A DNA stretch of 24,000 bases from Bacteroidota bacterium (GTDB taxonomy: Bacteria; Bacteroidota; Bacteroidia; Chitinophagales; Chitinophagaceae), in assembly GCA_034408705.1 (NCBI GenBank), contig JAWXCO010000015.1, positions 25,066 through 49,065 of the forward strand, read 5' to 3'. Both the position numbers and the translations under genes were made by a program. Below, piece by piece: positions 8,540-16,408 of this stretch. Positions within the stretch are counted from its first letter, which is position 1. Every line of letters starts with the position of its first letter. The notes beneath the pieces are model-generated. The model was not told where the DNA came from and searched no databases. It saw nothing but the letters and a program-made list of their open reading frames with translations.

Positions 8540-8547
8540 CAAAGATA
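8540..8547 (-). promoter_or_regulatory. Bacteroidota -7 promoter box (TATCTTTG) for rpsA
   Basis: Exact TAnnTTTG match on the minus strand, about 35 nt upstream of the rpsA ATG. The leader contains the hairpin cccgaa/ttcggg (8514-8535). Confidence 0.45.
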
Positions 8548-8657
8548 AGATAATAAGCCGTAGAGCTGGCTTTGGGCGGGGGATATTTTTGGTTTTGTTT
8601 CCAGCCCCAACTCCTTGATTTAGCTTTCGTTGTGGAGCCTGGGGCAGAGTAGGATAT

Positions 8658-9668
8658 ATGTTTCATCTGGCAATTCTTACTATATTCACCAAAACTAGCT
8701 GTTTGTTTTACCGTTGCCTTAAACTTATTGCCCGGATTGCCATCCGAATTTTTTGCCGGAAGATAATCATCAACCAACCCGGTTTATTAAAAATCAAGGG
8801 GCCGGTGTTACTGGCTTGTAATCATCCTAATTCTTTTCTCGACTCCGTTATTCTTGATACACTATTTGAACAACCAGTATGGTCACTGGCAAGAGGTGAT
8901 GTATTTAAAAATCCTGTTGTTATCCGGATGCTGACTGCTTTAAAAATATTACCCGTCTATCGTACCAGCGAAGGAGTAGAAAACCTCTCAGAAAATTATA
9001 AAACATTTGAAGCCTGCACTACTATTTTCCGGAATAATGGAATAATAACAATTTTCAGTGAAGGCAAATGTATCAACGAGTGGCATCTCCGTCCCTTAAA
9101 AAAAGGGACAGCAAGACTGGCCATCAAAGCATGGGAAGAAAACATTCCATTACAGGTAATATCAGTCGGTATTAATTACAGTTCGTTCAGGAGGTTTGGC
9201 AAAAATATTTTTCTAAATTTTGGTTCGCCTATCATTAAAGAAAATATTAATTTCACTGAAGCAGATGGCATGCGGCATCAGTCTTTTAATAACCAATTAC
9301 AAAAACAACTGGAACAATTGGTTTTTGAAATACCAAAACAGGATAAACAAAAACAAAGAGAATTACTTGAAATAAAGCCTTCTGTACAAAAAAAAATAGT
9401 ATTGGCTATCCCAGCTGCTGTTGGCTATCTTATTCATTTACCACTTTACTTACCGGTTAAAAAATTTACCTGGAAAAAAAATAATCATAATGATCATTAT
9501 GATTCTGTACTGATCGGCATTCTTCTTTTCGGCTATATACTTTACTTAATTGTACTAGTAGCTATTGTATGGATTATAACCGGCGGCTGGTGGGCAATTT
9601 TCCTACTGATACTTTTACCTTTTACTGCCTGGGCATACACACAACTAAAGCCGCAATTGGATAAATAG
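8658..9668 (+). CDS. membrane-anchored glycerolipid/lysophospholipid acyltransferase family protein
   Basis: Block I ACNHPNSFLDS (again H-x5-D), ARGDVFKN, block III FSEGKC. The C-terminal third has 2-3 TM helices (LAIPAAVGYLIHLPLYL, VLIGILLFGYILYLIVLVAIVWIITGGWWAIFLLILLPF). Confidence 0.65.
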   Translation: MFHLAILTIFTKTSCLFYRCLKLIARIAIRIFCRKIIINQPGLLKIKGPVLLACNHPNSFLDSVILDTLFEQPVWSLARGDVFKNPVVIRMLTALKILPVYRTSEGVENLSENYKTFEACTTIFRNNGIITIFSEGKCINEWHLRPLKKGTARLAIKAWEENIPLQVISVGINYSSFRRFGKNIFLNFGSPIIKENINFTEADGMRHQSFNNQLQKQLEQLVFEIPKQDKQKQRELLEIKPSVQKKIVLAIPAAVGYLIHLPLYLPVKKFTWKKNNHNDHYDSVLIGILLFGYILYLIVLVAIVWIITGGWWAIFLLILLPFTAWAYTQLKPQLDK

Positions 9669-9671
9669 CAG

Positions 9672-10424
9672 TTATTCCTTTTTTACCCCGAAAACAATTT
9701 CTCCACTGGCTTCATTTTTATACGTCTTAAAAAGCCGATCCCAGCAACTAAATACAGAGCCATAATTAGTATCAGTTTCCTGCTGTTTATCTGAATGATG
9801 AATACGGTGCATCAGCGGAGAAGAAAATAGTTTTCTGTATATGTGATCAATCCTACGGCTGATAGCAATATTAGAATGATGGATGAGCACAATTATGAAA
9901 AATATCGCTTCGTAAATAAGAATGGGCAAAAAAGAAAATCCCATCAACAAAAAGAAAATGGCTTTACATACAGTAGAAAACAACAGCTCTACCGTATGAA
10001 AACGTAAAGCGGTGGTAGTATTCATTTTATTATCCTTGTGGTGAAACTGGTGAAAACGCCAGAATATTTTTTGGGTGTGGTTGATGCGGTGCCACCAGTA
10101 CATGGCTAAATCCATAAAAAATATTGTAATCGCCAACTTTAACCAAAATGGGAAAATGAATTGCTGCAACAATCCCATTTTATTTTTTTCAATTGCGGAT
10201 AACAACTCAATTATAAGTACAGATGGGAAAAACAGGATGGCGAGGTTTATGACCCCAATTAATAAATTACGTCCTTCATTTTTTCTGTCATTATATTTAC
10301 GAGCTGCCGGAAATAAATGTTCTGCAGTATATTGCAATAATAAAACAGCAAAAAGAATAATTGATTGCCACCGCTTTTCAGGTATGTGTTCCAGGTAACC
10401 CGAAAAAACAAATGCCAGGGTCAT
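9672..10424 (-). CDS. fatty acid hydroxylase / sterol desaturase superfamily membrane di-iron enzyme
   Basis: Histidine boxes WWHRINH (HxxxH), HQFHHKD (HxxHH) and HRIHHSD (HxxHH), plus about 4 TM segments. Its ATG overlaps the upstream stop as ATGA (10421-10424). Confidence 0.8.
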   Translation of the reverse strand: MTLAFVFSGYLEHIPEKRWQSIILFAVLLLQYTAEHLFPAARKYNDRKNEGRNLLIGVINLAILFFPSVLIIELLSAIEKNKMGLLQQFIFPFWLKLAITIFFMDLAMYWWHRINHTQKIFWRFHQFHHKDNKMNTTTALRFHTVELLFSTVCKAIFFLLMGFSFLPILIYEAIFFIIVLIHHSNIAISRRIDHIYRKLFSSPLMHRIHHSDKQQETDTNYGSVFSCWDRLFKTYKNEASGEIVFGVKKE

Positions 10425-11017
10425 GCTAAACTCTTTTTAGTGACCAGCCAATCTTTTTCCGTATCCACATCGGTAAGTACCGGCAACACATAGAAAGATA
10501 ATTGCTGCTTTCTGAAATCAGCGATGGTGTCATTATATACTGTTGGAGTGCTCCATTCTTTATTCTCAAAAATGAAAGAGTACATTTTTTTCATTCCGAG
10601 AAGGTAATAGCCTCCGTCTTTTGCAGGTCCGATCACTACATCATTTTCATTTAAGGATTCAAATGCTTTATTTACAATTGTTGCGTTTAATTCGAAACAA
10701 TCGCTGCCGATAATAACTGCTTTTTCATACCCTTCTTCAAGTAGCGATGTAAATGCATGGTTCATTTTTTTTCCGAGATCTTTATTGATTTGAACAAATT
10801 TGAAGAATCTTTCAGCTGTCCACAGATCATTACTTTCAATTTCCTCATGATAAAAAACAAATTTATCAGCATCAATTGCATTTGCAATTTGAAAAGTGTG
10901 TTGCAGTAATTCTTTATATATATACAAAGCTTTTTCATCCCCAATAGAGGCTGCCAGTCTTGTTTTTACTTTCCGCAGTTCTGGTTTTCGTACAAATATG
11001 ATTAAGCCCTTTTTCAT
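10421..11017 (-). CDS. DUF2064 / TIGR04282-like (arsenosugar-associated) GT-A / nucleotidyltransferase-fold protein
   Basis: The N-terminus GLIIFVRKPELRKVKTRLA is the DUF2064 signature. 198 aa. ATGA start/stop overlaps at both ends (11014-11017 and 10421-10424). Confidence 0.75.
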   Translation of the reverse strand: MKKGLIIFVRKPELRKVKTRLAASIGDEKALYIYKELLQHTFQIANAIDADKFVFYHEEIESNDLWTAERFFKFVQINKDLGKKMNHAFTSLLEEGYEKAVIIGSDCFELNATIVNKAFESLNENDVVIGPAKDGGYYLLGMKKMYSFIFENKEWSTPTVYNDTIADFRKQQLSFYVLPVLTDVDTEKDWLVTKKSLA

Positions 11018-12084
11018 TTACTTCTCAGCTTTTGGCCTTCTGTTTTTTTAGGGTGTACGGTTCTGTTACGGTTTAAGTTTAATTCCATTTGCTTTTGTGG
11101 TGATGAGTTTTCAGGTGCTTTCCCAAACCGGAGCTTAAATGCCCGCAAGCCTGACTTAATCTCATCCCAAAAATTTGAAGGTGGTTTATACCCGTAAGCC
11201 CGGTATTTGCCGGGTTGTAATTTTCCTTTTGCTGCAACAAAGGTTTTAAAATGTTGCACCCAATTCTCAAATTTATTGATATAATCTTTCTCAAAAATCA
11301 CATCTTCACTTTGGTTTTCGCTGTACTTCTTGCCTACCCCGCTATCTGCATATTCCCATAATTTTTCCGGCACTTCTATTCCACCATACCTGCATTGCCA
11401 TACAAGCGGCGCATATGCCTGTCGCATGTCATCAAATGGTTCTGTATCCCCATCAAAATATTTTTTATGCGTTAAAATTTTCGGAATATTATTTTCATCC
11501 ATTTCATCTCCTCCCTGATCACCATAACAAAAGAATCCAGCAGTTCTCCCTTCGAGGTGATTTAACATTAAGCTCTTCCATTGTTCCGATTGCTCTAATG
11601 CCATTGCTTTTTCCGGATCTTTATGTGCAATTAATTTTTCATCAGGATTACCACCGTTCATGCAAACCATTCTGTCAAACATTAGTTTTAAATTACTGGT
11701 GGGCCCGTACCAGTTCACGGGTCCTATAATGGCCCATGCATCAGCCATATCCAACCGGGCATACATATCTGCATCCCACATAAAATCCGGTTCTGCATGG
11801 CTGTTTTTTTTATAGCAATTACACGGCCACACACATAATGCCATTGAAGTAGATACACAGGCATTGCAACTTTGGATGTGTGCCCTTCCATAAGCGTTGC
11901 TTAAATCCTCGTAATCTATTTCCCATTCCTGCGGCAGCATATCAGCCATTTTTAGCATCAGCATCCTTGCTTTGCTGTCAACACCGGGACAATTGTACTG
12001 TTTACGGCCTGAACCGGCGATTATTAATACCCGGAACGGTCTTTGATCTACAGGTAATGCCGCATTTTTATCATTAGGTTTCAT
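11014..12084 (-). CDS. flavodoxin-like fold (NADPH-dependent FMN reductase family) protein with Cys-rich insert
   Basis: N-terminal RVLIIAGSGRKQYNCPG is the flavodoxin-like nucleotide loop. The Cys cluster CNACVSTSMALCVWPCNC resembles the Fe-S motif of iron-sulfur flavoproteins. The basic C-terminal tail is of unknown function. Confidence 0.5.
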   Translation of the reverse strand: MKPNDKNAALPVDQRPFRVLIIAGSGRKQYNCPGVDSKARMLMLKMADMLPQEWEIDYEDLSNAYGRAHIQSCNACVSTSMALCVWPCNCYKKNSHAEPDFMWDADMYARLDMADAWAIIGPVNWYGPTSNLKLMFDRMVCMNGGNPDEKLIAHKDPEKAMALEQSEQWKSLMLNHLEGRTAGFFCYGDQGGDEMDENNIPKILTHKKYFDGDTEPFDDMRQAYAPLVWQCRYGGIEVPEKLWEYADSGVGKKYSENQSEDVIFEKDYINKFENWVQHFKTFVAAKGKLQPGKYRAYGYKPPSNFWDEIKSGLRAFKLRFGKAPENSSPQKQMELNLNRNRTVHPKKTEGQKLRSK

Positions 12085-12187
12085 AGCTAAAAAATTGGTA
12101 TTGTCTTAAAAAATGCAGTTATATATTTTTTCGCTTAAAATACAAAAGTGTTGTGCTCCTGTCCTCAGTATCTCATAACTTCAATTT

Positions 12188-12517
12188 ATGCAAAATATTT
12201 GGGAAAGTATTAAAAAATACTATGTGACTTTAGGGGAAAGCTATCATGTCGACCCACTTATATTTGTGGGAATACATGTTGTTGCAACTCCTTTATTTAT
12301 TGCGGCTGTTGCATGGCTAATAAGTAATTACCGTAAAAATAAATCAATTTTTCTCCCTGCTATAGTTGCCGTCCTCATTTTTAATGCTGCCAACATCTAT
12401 CTCGTCATTATGGGGAGAAATATACCCTGGTGGATTTATACTATACTAGGGGTAACAACAATACTCAGCAGTTATTTTTCTTACAAAAAAGTAAGGAAGA
12501 AAATAAATGCAAAATAA
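12188..12517 (+). CDS. hypothetical small membrane protein (109 aa, about 3 TM)
   Basis: ATG ORF with hydrophobic segments (LIFVGIHVVATPLFIAAVAWLI, IFLPAIVAVLIFNAANIYLVIM, WWIYTILGVTTILSSYF). It is the only plus-strand ORF inside the cluster. No family recognised. Confidence 0.4.
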   Translation: MQNIWESIKKYYVTLGESYHVDPLIFVGIHVVATPLFIAAVAWLISNYRKNKSIFLPAIVAVLIFNAANIYLVIMGRNIPWWIYTILGVTTILSSYFSYKKVRKKINAK

Positions 12518-12633
12518 AGTACATACCTGTTGCCATGAAAAGAGAACGAGGAAAAGTGCAAACCCGGATAAATCGGGACTGGCACAACAGCGGCTACTAC
12601 TTTAAGAAAATATCTTCGGCTACCACACTATTT

Positions 12634-13602
12634 TTAGCAGCATCCCCCTCCATCATAAAACCAGGTGGAACCAGAAATAAAAATATCTTCACTACCTAAT
12701 GCTGCTAATGCACGGGCAGTTTTATCACAAACCGCTAATGGCTGATTGGGTAATAACAAATGGCCTTTATTATCATCAAAACAATCATTACCGCCATAAT
12801 AAATAGCTGTCTTACCTGTAAACACACAAGGGCCGTCAGCAGGCATCGGGTCTTTTATAGCACATACTTCCACACTCTCTATATAAATAAGTTTGTCGGT
12901 ATCATAGTTCTTTGGGTCAAGAATACGATAAGGACGTTTAGCTCTTATCTCCACGGTACCAAAACCAACATCGGTTATCATTTTAATATAATCCCACAAG
13001 GGTAATGAGCCACTGAGACATAATGCCCTTAACCTTTCATCTTCCCGTAATGATTCCGGCATAATAGCTTCGCAAGTCGGGTCACTCATTACTAATCGGC
13101 CACGGGGTTTCAACACCCGGTACATTTCCCCTAATGCCTGTTTCAAGTCTTCCTGTTTAAAAATATTAAACAAACAATTTTGTGCAGCTACATCTATGCT
13201 TGCATCTTCTACCGGCAAATTCAATGCATCACCTTTTTTTACTCCCACAAACTCACTCCTGAACCAGGGATTTAATTTTTCTGCCTCCACAAAATTCTCC
13301 TTACAAGCTGTTATCATTTCATCAACCACATCTACACCAATAACTCCATTTTGTTGCCGGCTGAAATAAGCAAATTGTAACAACTCCATTCCTCCCCCAA
13401 TACCTACATATAAAATTTTCGGATTATTTACAAGGTCCCTTGGATGAACGGTACTGCCGCATCCGTAATTCATTTGCTGCATCTTTACTGGTATGTCTAA
13501 TCCGGGCAATTGCCAAACGGGCGTTGTAGTACAGCAAAGACCTACCTGTGGATTTTCTGCCGCTTCTCTATAAATATCCCTGGTTGTTTCTAAATATGAC
13601 AT
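12634..13602 (-). CDS. arsM: ArsM-like SAM-dependent arsenite methyltransferase (arsenosugar-cluster type)
   Basis: SAM motif I ILYVGIGGGMEL. Cysteines sit in ArsM-like contexts (GLCC near the N-terminus, AQNCLFNIF, RALCLSGSL). The C-terminus is GGGCC. It lies directly downstream of arsS. Confidence 0.75.
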   Translation of the reverse strand: MSYLETTRDIYREAAENPQVGLCCTTTPVWQLPGLDIPVKMQQMNYGCGSTVHPRDLVNNPKILYVGIGGGMELLQFAYFSRQQNGVIGVDVVDEMITACKENFVEAEKLNPWFRSEFVGVKKGDALNLPVEDASIDVAAQNCLFNIFKQEDLKQALGEMYRVLKPRGRLVMSDPTCEAIMPESLREDERLRALCLSGSLPLWDYIKMITDVGFGTVEIRAKRPYRILDPKNYDTDKLIYIESVEVCAIKDPMPADGPCVFTGKTAIYYGGNDCFDDNKGHLLLPNQPLAVCDKTARALAALGSEDIFISGSTWFYDGGGCC

Positions 13603-13625
13603 CCGTTTATTTTTTTTAGTAAAAA

Positions 13626-14687
13626 TTAAGCTACTGCTCCTCCACAGCTACTTCCTGCACCAGCGGTGCAGCCATAGCAATGTTGGTTTATTACAATTTC
13701 GCGGTTGGCTAAAACAGATAAACTGAATTGTGAAATATGCTGAGATGAACAATTTACTTTCATATCCAGCATCTGGTTAAAATCACAATCATAAATAAAT
13801 CCATCCCAACCAATGGAGAGTGTATTCCGACACATTACATTAGCGGCAGCTACGGGATTAAATGCTAAAACCAGTTTCTCCATATACTTTTCATAGTTGC
13901 CGCTTTCTAATAAATATTGCAGAAAGCGACTGATAGGTAAATTGGTAATAGCAAAAAGGTTGTTGAATTCGATATTGAAATCCCTTTTTAATGCCGCTTT
14001 AAAATCTTTTTGTAAAGCATCCTGAGCAGGCGGCAAAAAAGCACCTGCCGGATTATACACCAGGTTTAATAGTAGACCAGTCCCTATTATTCCATAGCCA
14101 ACTCCGTTCAGCAATTGAAGTGCTTTGATAGAATCTTCAAATACACCATCTCCTCTTTGCCTGTCTGTCCGCTCTTTACTATAAAAAGGAAGTGACGACA
14201 CCACTTCAATATTATGCAGCTTAAAAAATTCTGGAAGGTCATTAAATCTTTTATTGGCCAGGATGATAGTAAGATTGCAACGGACAATTATATGCTTGTC
14301 CAGTTTTTTAATTTCCTCCACAAACCATCTGAAATCGGGATTGAGTTCCGGAGCACCACCGGTAAGATCAACTGTGGTAAAAGATTTATTAGCTGACAGC
14401 ACATTCAAACATTGCTGCATCGTTTCTCTGGTCATTATTTCTTTACGGTCCGGTCCTGCATCCACATGGCAATGCTTGCAAACCTGGTTGCACATTTTGC
14501 CTACATTGATTTGAAAAATTTCTAATTGTATTGGCTTTAATGGAAATAAACCAACCGCCTCCAGTTTTTGCTGAAAGGGCACTAACCTGAAAGCATCATC
14601 ATGATTACGGCCATGCTCCAGGATTTCAATCTGTTCATTTGAATCGGATAACAAGTGATGCTGAGATTTCAGAGACTTCATTTTCAA
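13626..14687 (-). CDS. arsS: radical SAM / Cys-rich domain protein ArsS (TIGR04167-like), Cys form
   Basis: CX3CX2C radical-SAM motif (CNQVCKHC). The characteristic C-terminal motif is CYGCTAGAGSSCGG. The Cys that is Sec in some family members is encoded here by TGT. Confidence 0.85.
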   Translation of the reverse strand: MKMKSLKSQHHLLSDSNEQIEILEHGRNHDDAFRLVPFQQKLEAVGLFPLKPIQLEIFQINVGKMCNQVCKHCHVDAGPDRKEIMTRETMQQCLNVLSANKSFTTVDLTGGAPELNPDFRWFVEEIKKLDKHIIVRCNLTIILANKRFNDLPEFFKLHNIEVVSSLPFYSKERTDRQRGDGVFEDSIKALQLLNGVGYGIIGTGLLLNLVYNPAGAFLPPAQDALQKDFKAALKRDFNIEFNNLFAITNLPISRFLQYLLESGNYEKYMEKLVLAFNPVAAANVMCRNTLSIGWDGFIYDCDFNQMLDMKVNCSSQHISQFSLSVLANREIVINQHCYGCTAGAGSSCGGAVA

Positions 14688-14716
14688 ATTTTCTATTAAC
14701 TGATTATCAGATTTAT

Positions 14717-15052
14717 TTACATGGCCACTTCTTTTACCTTATTCATCATCTGCACACCATGCACTAATGCTGCGCCACCCTTGATGGCAGCAGCTACATG
14801 AATAGCTTCCATCATTTGTCCTTCACTCCATCCTTTTTCAAATGCGTCGCTGCTGTAAGCATCGATACAATAAGGGCATTGTACAGCATGAGCTACGGCT
14901 AAAGCAATCAATGATTTTTCTTTAGCCGTTAAGTTACCTTCTCCAAACACTTCCCCATACCAGGCAAAAAATTTATCGGCCATTGGCTTTTGAAACTCGC
15001 CGACATTTCCAAATTTTCCAAGGTCCTCTGCGTTGTAATAATGATTAGCCAT
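14717..15052 (-). CDS. AhpD/carboxymuconolactone-decarboxylase-like 'peroxidase-like' protein (arsenosugar-associated type)
   Basis: 111 aa with the AhpD-type CxxC motif (VQCPYCIDAY). Only 3 nt separate its ATG from the upstream stop. Confidence 0.75.
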   Translation of the reverse strand: MANHYYNAEDLGKFGNVGEFQKPMADKFFAWYGEVFGEGNLTAKEKSLIALAVAHAVQCPYCIDAYSSDAFEKGWSEGQMMEAIHVAAAIKGGAALVHGVQMMNKVKEVAM

Positions 15053-15055
15053 ATG

Positions 15056-16327
15056 TTATGATTTATAGTTTTGAAGATATAGTGTCCAGTCGTACTCTTT
15101 AAATTGTATTGCCGGCTTTTTATCGGCCGGGACAATTGAAAGTTCCCGAAGTAAAGATAGCATCCCTTTCTTACCTCCAAAATCACGGCGAAACCAGCTC
15201 ATTAATGTGGGCAGCTCTGCCCTATTAGCCACTTCATCATATTTCACCTCACTTGTTAAATAAACTTTTGTTGCGAGTGCCAATTGTTCATTTATACTTT
15301 CCGCCTTATAAAAAGCGATCGGTGGGCAACTTTTGGCTCCGCAGTTCAGGGCAAAATGTAACCGGTAATCCAATTGATTAACCCGCAATTGTTTCTCTGT
15401 TTTACCGGGAAATGGTTTTTTCAAATGCCCCAAACTCCATTTTATACTTGAGCGGCGCAGAATACCATGTTCTATATCATCAAGACTAAATTTTTCTCCC
15501 GCAATCTCTATTTGTTTACTTCCGAAGAATTGACTTCTTTTCTTATACTGCTCAGGATTTTTCTTTAATGATACCTGTGTATATGCATTATAAAGATTTA
15601 TCCAGAAGGCCTTTTTCTCCTCATCTGTTTTTATAGTTGATCGCAGATCAGTCATGGTAATTTGCCGGAGTTGCTGGACAAAACCTGATACATCTTCGTC
15701 TGTTTTGGCAGCATACATAAACTGCTGCGATAGTTGGACTAACCTGTTGGCAGACGGTTCCATGATTTCCTTCTCTTTATTTGTTGAAGATAAAGGTTGG
15801 TTAACAACCTTATTAGTCATACCGATGACCACTGAACCGGCTTCTTCTTCCTTCAACCACTTATCAATATTTTCAGCAGTCATTTCCTCCTGTGAAGGTA
15901 TTGCAATAACTTTGCCACTCTTATTAACAATCACGGTATAAGGATAGGAAGGTGGCTGAAAATGTTTAGTGAATAACTCTTTTTCATCCACTACAAGTGG
16001 TAGTGTAAAGTCTTGTTGTCTGCTGATAAAACTAGTCAGCTTTGCTTCTGGTTCATTTGATACAAGCAGTATTCTCACACGATCGTTGTATTTTTCCTGG
16101 AGGGCTGATAATTTTGGCAAAGCCTTTACACAAGGCACGCACCAGGTACCAAAGAAATCAACTACCAGTAACCGGTCTTTTAACTGCGAAAACGTTGAGG
16201 AAGCAGAAGAACTATTAAGTATTTTATGAACAGGGAAGTCGCCAGTCATATCGTTTAGCCCATATCCAGACTGGCCACGTAATGTGACATTCGCCATGAT
16301 GCATATGAAAAGAAAGCTCCATTTCAT
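15056..16327 (-). CDS. exported TlpA-like thioredoxin fused to a DUF547 domain
   Basis: Start moved to the ATG at 16327, giving the signal-like N-terminus MKWSFLFICIMANVTLRGQ. The thioredoxin motif is FFGTWCVPC. The C-terminal half has DUF547 hallmarks (FWINLYNAY, LDDIEHGILR, HFALNCGAKSCPPI). Confidence 0.7.
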   Translation of the reverse strand: MKWSFLFICIMANVTLRGQSGYGLNDMTGDFPVHKILNSSSASSTFSQLKDRLLVVDFFGTWCVPCVKALPKLSALQEKYNDRVRILLVSNEPEAKLTSFISRQQDFTLPLVVDEKELFTKHFQPPSYPYTVIVNKSGKVIAIPSQEEMTAENIDKWLKEEEAGSVVIGMTNKVVNQPLSSTNKEKEIMEPSANRLVQLSQQFMYAAKTDEDVSGFVQQLRQITMTDLRSTIKTDEEKKAFWINLYNAYTQVSLKKNPEQYKKRSQFFGSKQIEIAGEKFSLDDIEHGILRRSSIKWSLGHLKKPFPGKTEKQLRVNQLDYRLHFALNCGAKSCPPIAFYKAESINEQLALATKVYLTSEVKYDEVANRAELPTLMSWFRRDFGGKKGMLSLLRELSIVPADKKPAIQFKEYDWTLYLQNYKS

Positions 16328-16375
16328 GAAAGACAGGTGTAGTTGGTTAGACGAATGACCTACTATAAACGTAAA

Positions 16376-16387
16376 TTTACCGGTAAA
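16376..16387. promoter_or_regulatory. 12-bp perfect palindrome TTTACCGGTAAA in the divergent control region (candidate operator)
   Basis: Perfect dyad, overlapping a second 10-bp palindrome gtaaatttac (16371-16380). It is centred about 32 nt upstream of the PNP start and lies within the 86-bp gap between the divergent arsenical operon and the PNP gene. Confidence 0.35.
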
Positions 16388-16400
16388 AGATTCGAAATAG

Positions 16401-16408
16401 TAAATTTG
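16401..16408 (+). promoter_or_regulatory. Bacteroidota -7 promoter box (TAAATTTG) for the PNP gene
   Basis: Exact TAnnTTTG match with its G 6 nt before the ATG at 16414, the same geometry as at 3243-3250. Confidence 0.45.

Noticed and set aside
12430-12699. ORF 12430-12699(+), 89 aa, bridging the membrane-protein gene and arsM
   Set aside because: It overlaps the ends of two better-supported genes, and its translation is basic and low-complexity with no motif.
13626-13670. Possible selenocysteine in ArsS, since some family members are selenoproteins
   Set aside because: The C-terminal motif reads ...agt agc TGT gga gga..., so the position is a normal Cys codon. There is no in-frame TGA in the gene.
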